Source of the DNA: a virus
Lineage: Duplodnaviria > Caudoviricetes
Virus record (IMG/VR): IMGVR_UViG_3300034063_001003
Span: 1-62,070 of that record
Direction: 5' to 3' (one strand)
Length of the DNA stretch: 62,070 nucleotides
The notes beneath the pieces are model-generated. The model was not told the DNA's origin, did not search any database, and saw nothing but the letters and a program-made list of their open reading frames with translations. The position numbers were made by a program, and so were the translations under genes. This document shows positions 45,292 to 53,668 of the stretch, one piece after another (within the stretch, counting starts at the first letter, position 1; each line of letters begins with the position of its first letter).

Positions 45292-45489
45292 ATGCCCACT
45301 AAGAAACCTGCAACCAAGTCCAAAGTCAACGCCGCTGGCAACTACACCAAGCCCGAGATGCGCAAGCGGATCGTGAGCCAGGTTAAGGCAGCGGCCACGC
45401 AGGGCACTGGCGCGGGGCAGTGGTCCGCAAGAAAAGCTCAACTTGTCGCCAAGAAGTACAAGGCCGCAGGCGGCGGGTACAGAGACTGA
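45292..45489 (+). CDS. Small basic protein
   Basis: NYTKP.MRK...GQWSARKAQL...YKAAGGGY. Confidence 0.75.
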   Translation: MPTKKPATKSKVNAAGNYTKPEMRKRIVSQVKAAATQGTGAGQWSARKAQLVAKKYKAAGGGYRD

Positions 45490-45490
45490 C

Positions 45491-45724
45491 ATGAAGGCTC
45501 CTCAAAAAAGCCTCAAGGACTGGGGCGACCAAAAATGGCGCACCAAGAGCGGCAAAAAGTCGTCCGAAACGGGCGAAAGATACCTGCCTGAGTCCGCGAT
45601 CAAAGGCCTGAGCGCTGCGGAGTACGCTGCAACAACCCGCGCAAAACGCGCGGGCAAAAAGGCCGGCAAACAGTTCGTGGCGCAGCCTAAAAAAATAGCC
45701 AAAAAAACCGCAGGGTACAGGTAA
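45491..45724 (+). CDS. Small basic protein
   Basis: QKSLKDW..QKWRTKSGK.S..TGERYLP. Confidence 0.75.
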   Translation: MKAPQKSLKDWGDQKWRTKSGKKSSETGERYLPESAIKGLSAAEYAATTRAKRAGKKAGKQFVAQPKKIAKKTAGYR

Positions 45725-45727
45725 GCC

Positions 45728-47587
45728 ATGGCACTTCTTCGACTCTTCCTAAAACCTGGTGTCGACAAGCAGAACACCGAGTACGGCGCAGAGGGCGGCT
45801 GGGTGGATTCTGACTACGTCCGCTTTCGATACGGCCTGCCCGAGAAGATGGGCGGCTGGACCAACTTCAACAACACCGAGGCCTACTTTATTGGCGCAAC
45901 CAGTGAGGTCTTCACATGGACCGCGCTCGACGGCTCGCCGCGCGCGGCTATTGGCACCAACCGCAAGCTCTACGTGTTCTACGGCGGCTCGTGGGCCGAT
46001 GTCACCCCCATTCGAGACACCAACACCGGCGTCACCTTCAACACCACGAACGGCAGTACGAACGTCGTGGTCAACGACTCTGGACATGGAGTCATCACTG
46101 GTGACTTCGTGACCTTCTCCAGCGTCACTGGCAACCCTGGCGGCATACCCGATGCGGATTTGGACAACGAGTTCGAGATCGTCGAGGTCTTGAGCGCCAA
46201 CACCTACCGCATCACGTCCCCTACACAGGCCACCAGTACTGCCACTGCAGCCGGCACAGCAAGTGCTGCTTACCAGATCAACACCGGGGCTGATCGGGGC
46301 TACGTGGACTTCGGCTGGGGCACGGGCACGTGGGGCTTCTTTACGTGGGGCACGCCCCGTCCACCGTCTGCCGGTCTGCAGCTCAATCCCCGCGTCTGGC
46401 AGTTCGACACCTATGGCGAGAACCTGATTGCGCAGGTGGTCGACGGAGGCATTTACGAGTGGCTGCCCACTGGGGGCCTTGGAACGCGGGCCGTGGCCAT
46501 CTCAGGCGCGCCCACCAAGAGCAAGTACGCTCTGGTTTCCACGCCAGACCGTCACCTGATCTGCTTTGGCACGGAGAGCGTGCTCGGCACGCCGACGTCG
46601 CAAGACCCGATGTTCGTGCGCTTCTCTGACCAGGAGAACATCACCGACTTCGTGGCCACCGCCACCAACACGGCAGGCGGCCAGCGCCTGACGGATGGCA
46701 ACACCATCATCACGGCCGTGCGCTCGCGTGGCCAGATTCTGATCTGGACCGACACCTCAATGCACGGCCAGCAGTATTTGGGGCCGCCCTACACCTTTGG
46801 CTTTCAACAGCTCGGTGCCAACTGCGGCTGCATCGGGCCGCACGCAGCAGCGGACGTCAACGGCGTGGCGTACTGGATGGGCCGTGATGCGTTCTTCACG
46901 TTCGACGGCACGGTCAAGAAGATTCCCTGTACCGTGCAGGACTACGTGTTCAAGGACATCAACCTTGTCCAGAGCTTTCAGGTAAACGTGGGCATCAACA
47001 CCCAGTTCAACGAGGTGACCTGGTGGTACTGCTCGTTCACGAGCGACCACATTGACCGCTTCGTGAGTTACAACTACATGGAGAATGTCTGGTCCGTTGG
47101 CACTTTGGCGCGCACGTCTTGGGTGGACATGAACACCTTTGCCAAGCCCATCGCCGCGGCCTATCACCCTGACTCCACGCAAGCGCCGACGTATGGCGAC
47201 CCGATCTACGGCCTCACGGCCGGCCGCACGCGCCTGTACAACCAAGAAGACGGGGTCAATGCAGTGGATCAGCCGATCTCCGCTTACATCGTCTCGGGGT
47301 ACTTTGACATTGGTGACGGCGACCAGATGTTGCTCATGAGCCGATTCATTCCCGACTTCAAGAACCAGGTAGGCAACCTGACCGTGAGGTTGCTGCTCCG
47401 CGCGTTCCCACAGGCCACGGCCAGCCCTAGTTCTTTGGACCCCTACGTCATTGCACCTGGCACGCAGAAGGTGGACACGCGGGCGCGCGGCAGGCAGATT
47501 CAGCTTCGCATCGAGAGCGCAGACTTGAACAGCAACTGGCGTTTTGGCACGATGCGTGTCGACATCCAACCTGATGGCTTGAGGTAG
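45728..47587 (+). CDS. Tail tubular / DNA-stabilisation protein (P22 gp10-like beta-propeller)
   Basis: VRFRYGLPEKMGGW, RFSDQE, ATNTAG..RL, DTRARGRQ; podovirus-type context. Confidence 0.75.
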   Translation: MALLRLFLKPGVDKQNTEYGAEGGWVDSDYVRFRYGLPEKMGGWTNFNNTEAYFIGATSEVFTWTALDGSPRAAIGTNRKLYVFYGGSWADVTPIRDTNTGVTFNTTNGSTNVVVNDSGHGVITGDFVTFSSVTGNPGGIPDADLDNEFEIVEVLSANTYRITSPTQATSTATAAGTASAAYQINTGADRGYVDFGWGTGTWGFFTWGTPRPPSAGLQLNPRVWQFDTYGENLIAQVVDGGIYEWLPTGGLGTRAVAISGAPTKSKYALVSTPDRHLICFGTESVLGTPTSQDPMFVRFSDQENITDFVATATNTAGGQRLTDGNTIITAVRSRGQILIWTDTSMHGQQYLGPPYTFGFQQLGANCGCIGPHAAADVNGVAYWMGRDAFFTFDGTVKKIPCTVQDYVFKDINLVQSFQVNVGINTQFNEVTWWYCSFTSDHIDRFVSYNYMENVWSVGTLARTSWVDMNTFAKPIAAAYHPDSTQAPTYGDPIYGLTAGRTRLYNQEDGVNAVDQPISAYIVSGYFDIGDGDQMLLMSRFIPDFKNQVGNLTVRLLLRAFPQATASPSSLDPYVIAPGTQKVDTRARGRQIQLRIESADLNSNWRFGTMRVDIQPDGLR

Positions 47588-47597
47588 GGTAAACCCT

Positions 47598-48308
47598 ATG
47601 AGCAAGATCAACAACGTCCGCCTGCCCAATGCGGTTGCGCAGAACTACAGCCCTGAGCAGTTCAACCAACTGGTGCGCTCGCTTGAGCAGGTCATCTTTC
47701 AGCTCAACAACACCTACACGCCGGTGACCAGCGAGAACACTGCTGGCGCGGCCACGTGGATGGCCATGGGCAGCGGAGCGGGAGGCGGGTTTGCCGGCGG
47801 TATCCGTGGGTTCCAAAACAGCAATGGCATCATCTTGCCCCAGGCAATGATGGTCTCGGACCAGGACCAGACAAACGCCAGCATTACCGCTGAGAACTTG
47901 CTCACCTTTGCCCCAGCGTTTTCCAATGGCATCACCGTGGAGAGCGGCTCACGGATCAAGGTCCCCTGCGCAGGCCAGTACCTGGTGACGTTCACCTTGC
48001 AGGTGACAAACCGCAGCAATACGGCGGGTGAGTTTGAGGTATGGGCCAAGGACACGGGCGTCAACTACCCATTGAGCAACACACGGTTTGACGTGCCAGC
48101 CCGTAAAACTGCCACCATTTGGTCTCACGTGGTCCCGGCAGTTACCGGCATTTTCACTGTGGATGACCCCATCAACGACTATCTGGAGGTTGCATGGTGG
48201 TCAAACAACATTGACATTTACCTGGAGCACTATGCCGCTGGCACAAGCCCCACGCGCCCTGCCATACCGTCGGTGATCCTCACCATCAACTTTGTATCGG
48301 CGAACTGA
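47598..48308 (+). CDS. Virion structural protein
   Basis: VRLPNA...QLVRSLEQVIFQLN; RPAIPSVILT. Confidence 0.7.
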   Translation: MSKINNVRLPNAVAQNYSPEQFNQLVRSLEQVIFQLNNTYTPVTSENTAGAATWMAMGSGAGGGFAGGIRGFQNSNGIILPQAMMVSDQDQTNASITAENLLTFAPAFSNGITVESGSRIKVPCAGQYLVTFTLQVTNRSNTAGEFEVWAKDTGVNYPLSNTRFDVPARKTATIWSHVVPAVTGIFTVDDPINDYLEVAWWSNNIDIYLEHYAAGTSPTRPAIPSVILTINFVSAN

Positions 48309-48310
48309 CC

Positions 48311-48643
48311 ATGGCAAACAAGTACCTTCGGAAATATCTGACCCCAGCAGCGGCGACGGAGACCACGATTTACACCGCCCCAGACGCCAACACGGCGGTG
48401 TTGTCCTCTTTGCGGGTGACGAACAGGAATGCGTCAACCACCGCTTTGACGGTCAATGTCTACCCTGTTGGCGGGGCTACCGCATATTGTTTGCTCAAGG
48501 GTTATTCACTGCCCACGAACCAGACTTTGGACGTTTTAAGCGGAGTGCCATGCGTTTTGGAGACAGCCGACGTAATTAAGGTCACCAGCTCGCAGGCCAC
48601 GGCTGACTTTTACCTGTCCTACCTAGAGATGGACAGGTCGTAA
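48311..48643 (+). CDS. Small virion structural protein
   Basis: MANKY...IYTAP...LETADVIKV..SYLE. Confidence 0.7.
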   Translation: MANKYLRKYLTPAAATETTIYTAPDANTAVLSSLRVTNRNASTTALTVNVYPVGGATAYCLLKGYSLPTNQTLDVLSGVPCVLETADVIKVTSSQATADFYLSYLEMDRS

Positions 48644-48689
48644 TGAGTGGACAGGACGAGTGGTTTTGTTGGATAATTTCAGCCATTAA

Positions 48690-48747
48690 CGCGTCCTTTC
48701 CAGGCGCGCGGCCCCACGCAGGGCCACTGGCCAAACTCGGAAAGGAC
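48690..48747 (+). promoter_or_regulatory. Structured leader that can sequester the RBS of the internal-protein operon
   Basis: GTCCTTTCC 48693-701 pairs with GGAAAGGAC 48739-47; TGGACA-N18-GATAAT promoter-like site upstream. Confidence 0.5.
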
Positions 48748-48751
48748 AACC

Positions 48752-51064
48752 ATGGCGAATGAAGGCATCATGGCGCTGCCCCAAGGGGCAGGCATGCAGG
48801 ACGACCAGGCATCTGAGATGCCTGCGGTGACCAGTTTTGACGCGTACGACGCTGCGCAAACCGCTCTTAAGATGGCCCGGCCGGAGGAGCAGGACATGCT
48901 CCGCCAGGCCCTGCGTGAGAACATGCAGGAGCTGGAGCTGACCCCGTCTGAGCTTGAGCAGCTCATCGAGGTGTTTGAACAGCTCTCCCAACGCCCTGAC
49001 CGTTACAAGCAGATGCGCGAGCAGCTCATCCGCGAGGACATCGTCGACGCTGAAGACATCCCTGAGGAATACGATCCGGAGTTCTTGGGCGCTGTTCTGT
49101 CGGTGCTCAACGAGTTGAAGATGACCTCCATCCAGGGTGCGCAAGCTCCCATGATGGAGGAGTCTCCGATGGAGGGCATGGGAGCGATGCCCATGGCCCA
49201 AGGCGGGTTGGCCGATGTCGCTTCGTACTTGGCCTCTCAAGGGCGCCGCGGCGACACCATGCTCGCGCACATCACGCCAGAGGAGGCACAGCTTCTGCAA
49301 AGCCGCGGCGGCGCGGGCACGATCAACCCAAACACGGGCCTGCCTGAGTTTTTCGTGAAGAAGGTTGCCAAGGCCTTCAAGAACACCGTCAAGCGGGTTG
49401 TCGACGTCACCAAGAAAATTGTCAAGTCCCCCGTCGGTCGAATCCTGATGACCGTTGCATTGGCCACGGTCCTCGGGCCAGCAGGCATTGGCCTGGCCAG
49501 CACCACCGCCGGAGCAGCGGCCCTGGGCAGCGCGGGGGCCACGCTGCTTGGCGGCGGCAACCTCAAGGACGCTCTGATCTCCGGCGCCATGGGCTACATC
49601 GGCGGCGGCGGCACGATCATGGGCACCAACCCCATGGCAGCGGTCGGCAAATACCTGCCGGGCGTCACGGGTTCTGCCCTGAACACCGGCTTGGCCACGG
49701 GCGTCATTGGCGCCGGCTTGGGCAAGCTGGGAGGCATGAGCACGCAAGACGCCCTGCGCATGGGCTTGATGTCCGGCGCTTCCGCGGCGGCTTTGGCCGG
49801 CGTGCGGAACAACACGACCCTGATGGACGGTCGCGTGACCCCGGAAGACCTGCGTCAAAGAGCTCAGGAGGGTTTCAGGAGCGGCGAGATCGCGGCGCAA
49901 AACGCCGCTCAACCAAGTGCTCCGGGTCCTATCGGGACCGCTGCAGACCTCATGTCTCCGGTGGAGTCGCTGAACTATGGCGGCACTGCTCAGGCGGCCA
50001 GGTTCATGCCATTTGAGCCGCAAGGGCAAGGTATTTCTCCCCAGCGCCTAGCATATGACGCCGCGCAACAGGGGGATATTGGCCGTGTCGCGGACTTGCA
50101 GCAAAAGTTCCCCGATAGGATCGTGGGCCGCTATGAGTACGATGCAGGCGGCGGTGCTAGGTCTTATTCAATGGCAACCAGGGACCCAGTAAGCAAGTTC
50201 ACCCAGAGACCGCTGGAATTTAATCCTGCCGCTGGACCTGGCGTCGCGCCAGCGGGTGCCGCGCCTGCGGCCCCGGGGGCGACGGCCCCGTTTCCTTCCG
50301 CCTCTCAAAGCGCCCTGGACCAAATCTACGGAGGGCCTGCACCAGGGGCGGCGACTCCGGGGGCAGTGGCTCCAGGGGCAGGAGAACCGGGCTTTTTTGA
50401 TCGCATGGCCCAAGGCGCCAAGGACTTCTACAGCGAGAACATCTCGCCGAGCCGCCCGGGCCTGCCCAGCGACGTCAGCTTCATTCGCCAGTACGGCCCG
50501 CTTGCGGCAACCGGTTTGGCTGTGGCGGGCGCTGCCGGCGGGTTCAAGAGCAAGCCTGCCGACCAGAATCCGGCGTTCAACCGGGACTACACCGGCATCG
50601 ACTACATGAGGGATAACCCCAGTATGTTCACTGGGGGCCTGGACTCTGGCTATAGGCCGCCTATGGTGCGCCCGCCCATGGTAGATATCCCAACTCCTGG
50701 GTATGCCGCGGCGCCAATGGGCGCCCCAGGAATCTCGGCCCCCGGAGGTTTCAGCCGTAGTCCCGCGGGGATACCGCAGCCCTACAACATGGCGGGCCTG
50801 TACGGAGTGCCCATGTTGTACGGTCAGCCGCAGAGGCTCGCAAAAGGTGGCCAGCCCAAGCCGACGGAGTTCCCGCGCAAGACGGGCCCGATCAACGGCC
50901 CGGGCACGGGCACTTCGGACTCCATTCCGGCCATGCTGTCGGACGGCGAGTTTGTCTTTACCGCCAGGGCGGTACGCAACGCTGGGGGCGGCAGCCGACG
51001 CAAGGGAGCTGCACGCATGTACAAACTCATGAAAAAGCTCGAAGGCGGAGCTGTAAAGGCGTAA
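48752..51064 (+). CDS. Internal virion / ejection protein with tape-measure-like modules
   Basis: MAQGG..GRRGDTMLAHITPEE..INPNTGLPEF; Gly/Ala hydrophobic stretch; LAKGG..GPGTGTSDSIPAMLSDGEFV. Confidence 0.7.
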   Translation: MANEGIMALPQGAGMQDDQASEMPAVTSFDAYDAAQTALKMARPEEQDMLRQALRENMQELELTPSELEQLIEVFEQLSQRPDRYKQMREQLIREDIVDAEDIPEEYDPEFLGAVLSVLNELKMTSIQGAQAPMMEESPMEGMGAMPMAQGGLADVASYLASQGRRGDTMLAHITPEEAQLLQSRGGAGTINPNTGLPEFFVKKVAKAFKNTVKRVVDVTKKIVKSPVGRILMTVALATVLGPAGIGLASTTAGAAALGSAGATLLGGGNLKDALISGAMGYIGGGGTIMGTNPMAAVGKYLPGVTGSALNTGLATGVIGAGLGKLGGMSTQDALRMGLMSGASAAALAGVRNNTTLMDGRVTPEDLRQRAQEGFRSGEIAAQNAAQPSAPGPIGTAADLMSPVESLNYGGTAQAARFMPFEPQGQGISPQRLAYDAAQQGDIGRVADLQQKFPDRIVGRYEYDAGGGARSYSMATRDPVSKFTQRPLEFNPAAGPGVAPAGAAPAAPGATAPFPSASQSALDQIYGGPAPGAATPGAVAPGAGEPGFFDRMAQGAKDFYSENISPSRPGLPSDVSFIRQYGPLAATGLAVAGAAGGFKSKPADQNPAFNRDYTGIDYMRDNPSMFTGGLDSGYRPPMVRPPMVDIPTPGYAAAPMGAPGISAPGGFSRSPAGIPQPYNMAGLYGVPMLYGQPQRLAKGGQPKPTEFPRKTGPINGPGTGTSDSIPAMLSDGEFVFTARAVRNAGGGSRRKGAARMYKLMKKLEGGAVKA

Positions 51065-51067
51065 CCC

Positions 51068-53659
51068 ATGTCAGACCAGACCGTTACCCAATCGATAATG
51101 CGGGAAGCCCCGGAGATTGAAGCGTATAAGCTCAAACTCCTTCAACAGGCGCAGGCCCTTGCCTACAACAACATCATTGATGACAAAGGCAACGTCATCG
51201 GGCAACGGACCCCGCTGGGTGAGCAACTCCCCGCCTATCAAGTAGAGGGGTTTACTGGCCCTCAGACAACCGCGATTAACGCGGCAACGGCCACGGGGGT
51301 GGGGTCCTTCACGCCCTACATGACGGCGGCCAACCAGGCACTGGGCGGCGCCTATGCCACCACCGCCGAGGCCGCTGACATCCTGCGCGGCGCCGACACC
51401 CGGGCGCAGTTCACCGACGCACAGCGGGCCATGCAGCAAGCTGGGGGCGCCACTGCCAACATGGCAGCGGGCCTTGCCCCAATCTCCCAGGGGCTTGGTT
51501 ACCTGGGCACGGCAGGCCAGCGGGCCTTGGCCTCCGACACGTCCGCCCGGTTCAACCCGGCCTACCAAGACATCAGCAGGGGCCTCGGATCGCTGACCAC
51601 GGCCCAGCAGATGGCCGCTCAGGCCAGCCAAGCGGACCTTCGCCCGGCCACTGCGGCCATCGGACAAGGGCTCACGGGCCTGACCGAAGCGCAGCGCATG
51701 GCTGCGATGAGCATGGGCGCGGACCTGTCCGGCTCCCAGGCACTCCTGAGCCAAGCCGCTGGCATGACCGCTGGCGCACGTCCGGACTTTACGGGGGCGC
51801 AAAGCGTCACCATGGGCGGCCTGCAGCAAGGCTCGCTCGCGGCCCAGCAAGCCGCTCTGGCGGCCCAGCAGCCGGGCTTTGGCCAAGCCAACGCCTATCT
51901 GGGCATGGCAGGCCAGACTGCGGCTCAGGCCGGCCCTTCTGACTTCACCGGGGCCATGCAAGGTCTGGGTGGTGCTGGCCAGACGGCCGCGCAGGCTTCT
52001 CAAGCCGCTGCCCAGGCTGCCGCGCAGCCGGGCTTCAACATGGGCGTGTACAACGCCATGACTGCTGCGGAGCAGGCCCGCTTGGCCGCTGCGCAGCCGG
52101 GCTTTGAGACCGCAGGCCGCACGCTCCAGCAGGGCATTGCCCAACTGGGCGGTGCCGCTCAGGGCTACAACCCACAGGCCGCTCAGGCCTTCATGAATCC
52201 GTACCAGCAGCAGGTGATCGACGAGACCATGCGTCAGATCAACCGCCAAGGTGCGATTGCGCAGCAGGGTTTGGCAGCACAGGCCGTGCGGTCTGGTGCG
52301 TTCGGCGGCGAACGCGAGGGCGTTCAGCGTGCCGAGATGGAGCGCAACCTGATGGATCAGCGCGCCAGCACGATTGCCAACCTCCTGTCGCAGGGCTACA
52401 GCCAGTCGCAGGCGCAGGCCATGTCGGCGTTCGAGCAACAGCAGCAGCGCCAGGCGCAGGCTGCACAAGGCATTGGCCAGCTCGGCAGCCAACAGGCTGC
52501 CTTGGCCGCTCAACAGGCTGGTCTTGGCCAAAGCGCCGCGCAGCAGCTCGCGCAAGCCGCGCAGTTGCAGACTCAGGCCGCTGGCCAGCAGGGTCAGTTG
52601 GGCTTGCAGGCCGCGCAGCAGCGGTTCCAACAAGCTGGGTTCGACGCTCAAACGGCCATGCAGATGGCTCAGTTGCAGCAGACCCAACAACAGCAGCAGG
52701 CGCAGCAGTCTCAGTTGCTCTCAGGCATCGGCAGCTTGTACGGTCAGCAGGCACAGGCGCAGGGCGCTCTTGGCCAGCAGGCTGCGCAGACTGCTATGCA
52801 GCAAGCGCAGCTTGGTCTACAAAGCGGTGCCCAGTTGGGACAGTTCGCGGCCCAAGGAGCACAGCTCGGACAAGCCGCCGCAGGCCAGCTCGCCAACATC
52901 GGCCAGACCGTGGGCCAGCAGGCCGCGCAGCAGGCGCAGCTTGGCCAGGCGGCAGCAGGTCTCTACGGCAACCTTGCCCAGCAGCAGATCGCTGGTGGCC
53001 AGGGGCTGGGTCAGCTCGGCGTGCAGCAGGCGCAGCTTGGACAGGGGGCCGCGGGCCAGTTCCTGCAAGCAGGGCAGCAGTACGGCAACCTGGCCTCGCA
53101 GCAAGGCGCGCTAGCCGGACAGGAGTCGGCGATCAACCAGAACATCGCCAACCTCTTGGCTCAGCAGGCGGGCCAGTATGGTCAGATGGGTGGCCAGATC
53201 GCCAATATCTACGGCCAGCAGGGGCAGCAGTTCCAAGGGCTTGGGCAGGGCATCGGGCAGTTGGCCGGGCAGCAGTTTGGCATTGGCCAGGCTCAGGCCC
53301 AGGGCCTCGGTCAGATGGCCGGTCAACTCGGTCAACTCGGCGTGCAGCAAGGCGCGCTGGGCCAGACCGCGCAGGCGCTGCAGCAGGGCGACATCAACTT
53401 CCTGTACAACGTCGGCCAGGCGCAGCAGGCCTTGAATCAGCAGAAGGCAGACGCCGCGCGCGCTAACCAGTTGCAGAAGGTTTACGCCCCGTACCAGCAG
53501 GCAGGCTTCCTGTCGGACATCTACAAGGGTGCACCGTCGAGCCAGATGTCGACTCAGGTGGCCAGCCAGCCCACTGCAAGCCCGTTCCAGCAGGCTGTTG
53601 GCGTGGGCCTCGGCGCGCTGACCACGGCCGCTGGTGCGAAGAAAATGGGACTTTTTTAA
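51068..53659 (+). CDS. Gln/Gly/Ala-rich DNA transfer (ejection) protein
   Basis: FMNPYQQQVID...GAFGGER; long QAQLGQ repeats. Confidence 0.75.
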   Translation: MSDQTVTQSIMREAPEIEAYKLKLLQQAQALAYNNIIDDKGNVIGQRTPLGEQLPAYQVEGFTGPQTTAINAATATGVGSFTPYMTAANQALGGAYATTAEAADILRGADTRAQFTDAQRAMQQAGGATANMAAGLAPISQGLGYLGTAGQRALASDTSARFNPAYQDISRGLGSLTTAQQMAAQASQADLRPATAAIGQGLTGLTEAQRMAAMSMGADLSGSQALLSQAAGMTAGARPDFTGAQSVTMGGLQQGSLAAQQAALAAQQPGFGQANAYLGMAGQTAAQAGPSDFTGAMQGLGGAGQTAAQASQAAAQAAAQPGFNMGVYNAMTAAEQARLAAAQPGFETAGRTLQQGIAQLGGAAQGYNPQAAQAFMNPYQQQVIDETMRQINRQGAIAQQGLAAQAVRSGAFGGEREGVQRAEMERNLMDQRASTIANLLSQGYSQSQAQAMSAFEQQQQRQAQAAQGIGQLGSQQAALAAQQAGLGQSAAQQLAQAAQLQTQAAGQQGQLGLQAAQQRFQQAGFDAQTAMQMAQLQQTQQQQQAQQSQLLSGIGSLYGQQAQAQGALGQQAAQTAMQQAQLGLQSGAQLGQFAAQGAQLGQAAAGQLANIGQTVGQQAAQQAQLGQAAAGLYGNLAQQQIAGGQGLGQLGVQQAQLGQGAAGQFLQAGQQYGNLASQQGALAGQESAINQNIANLLAQQAGQYGQMGGQIANIYGQQGQQFQGLGQGIGQLAGQQFGIGQAQAQGLGQMAGQLGQLGVQQGALGQTAQALQQGDINFLYNVGQAQQALNQQKADAARANQLQKVYAPYQQAGFLSDIYKGAPSSQMSTQVASQPTASPFQQAVGVGLGALTTAAGAKKMGLF

Positions 53660-53668
53660 GAGGTAGCC

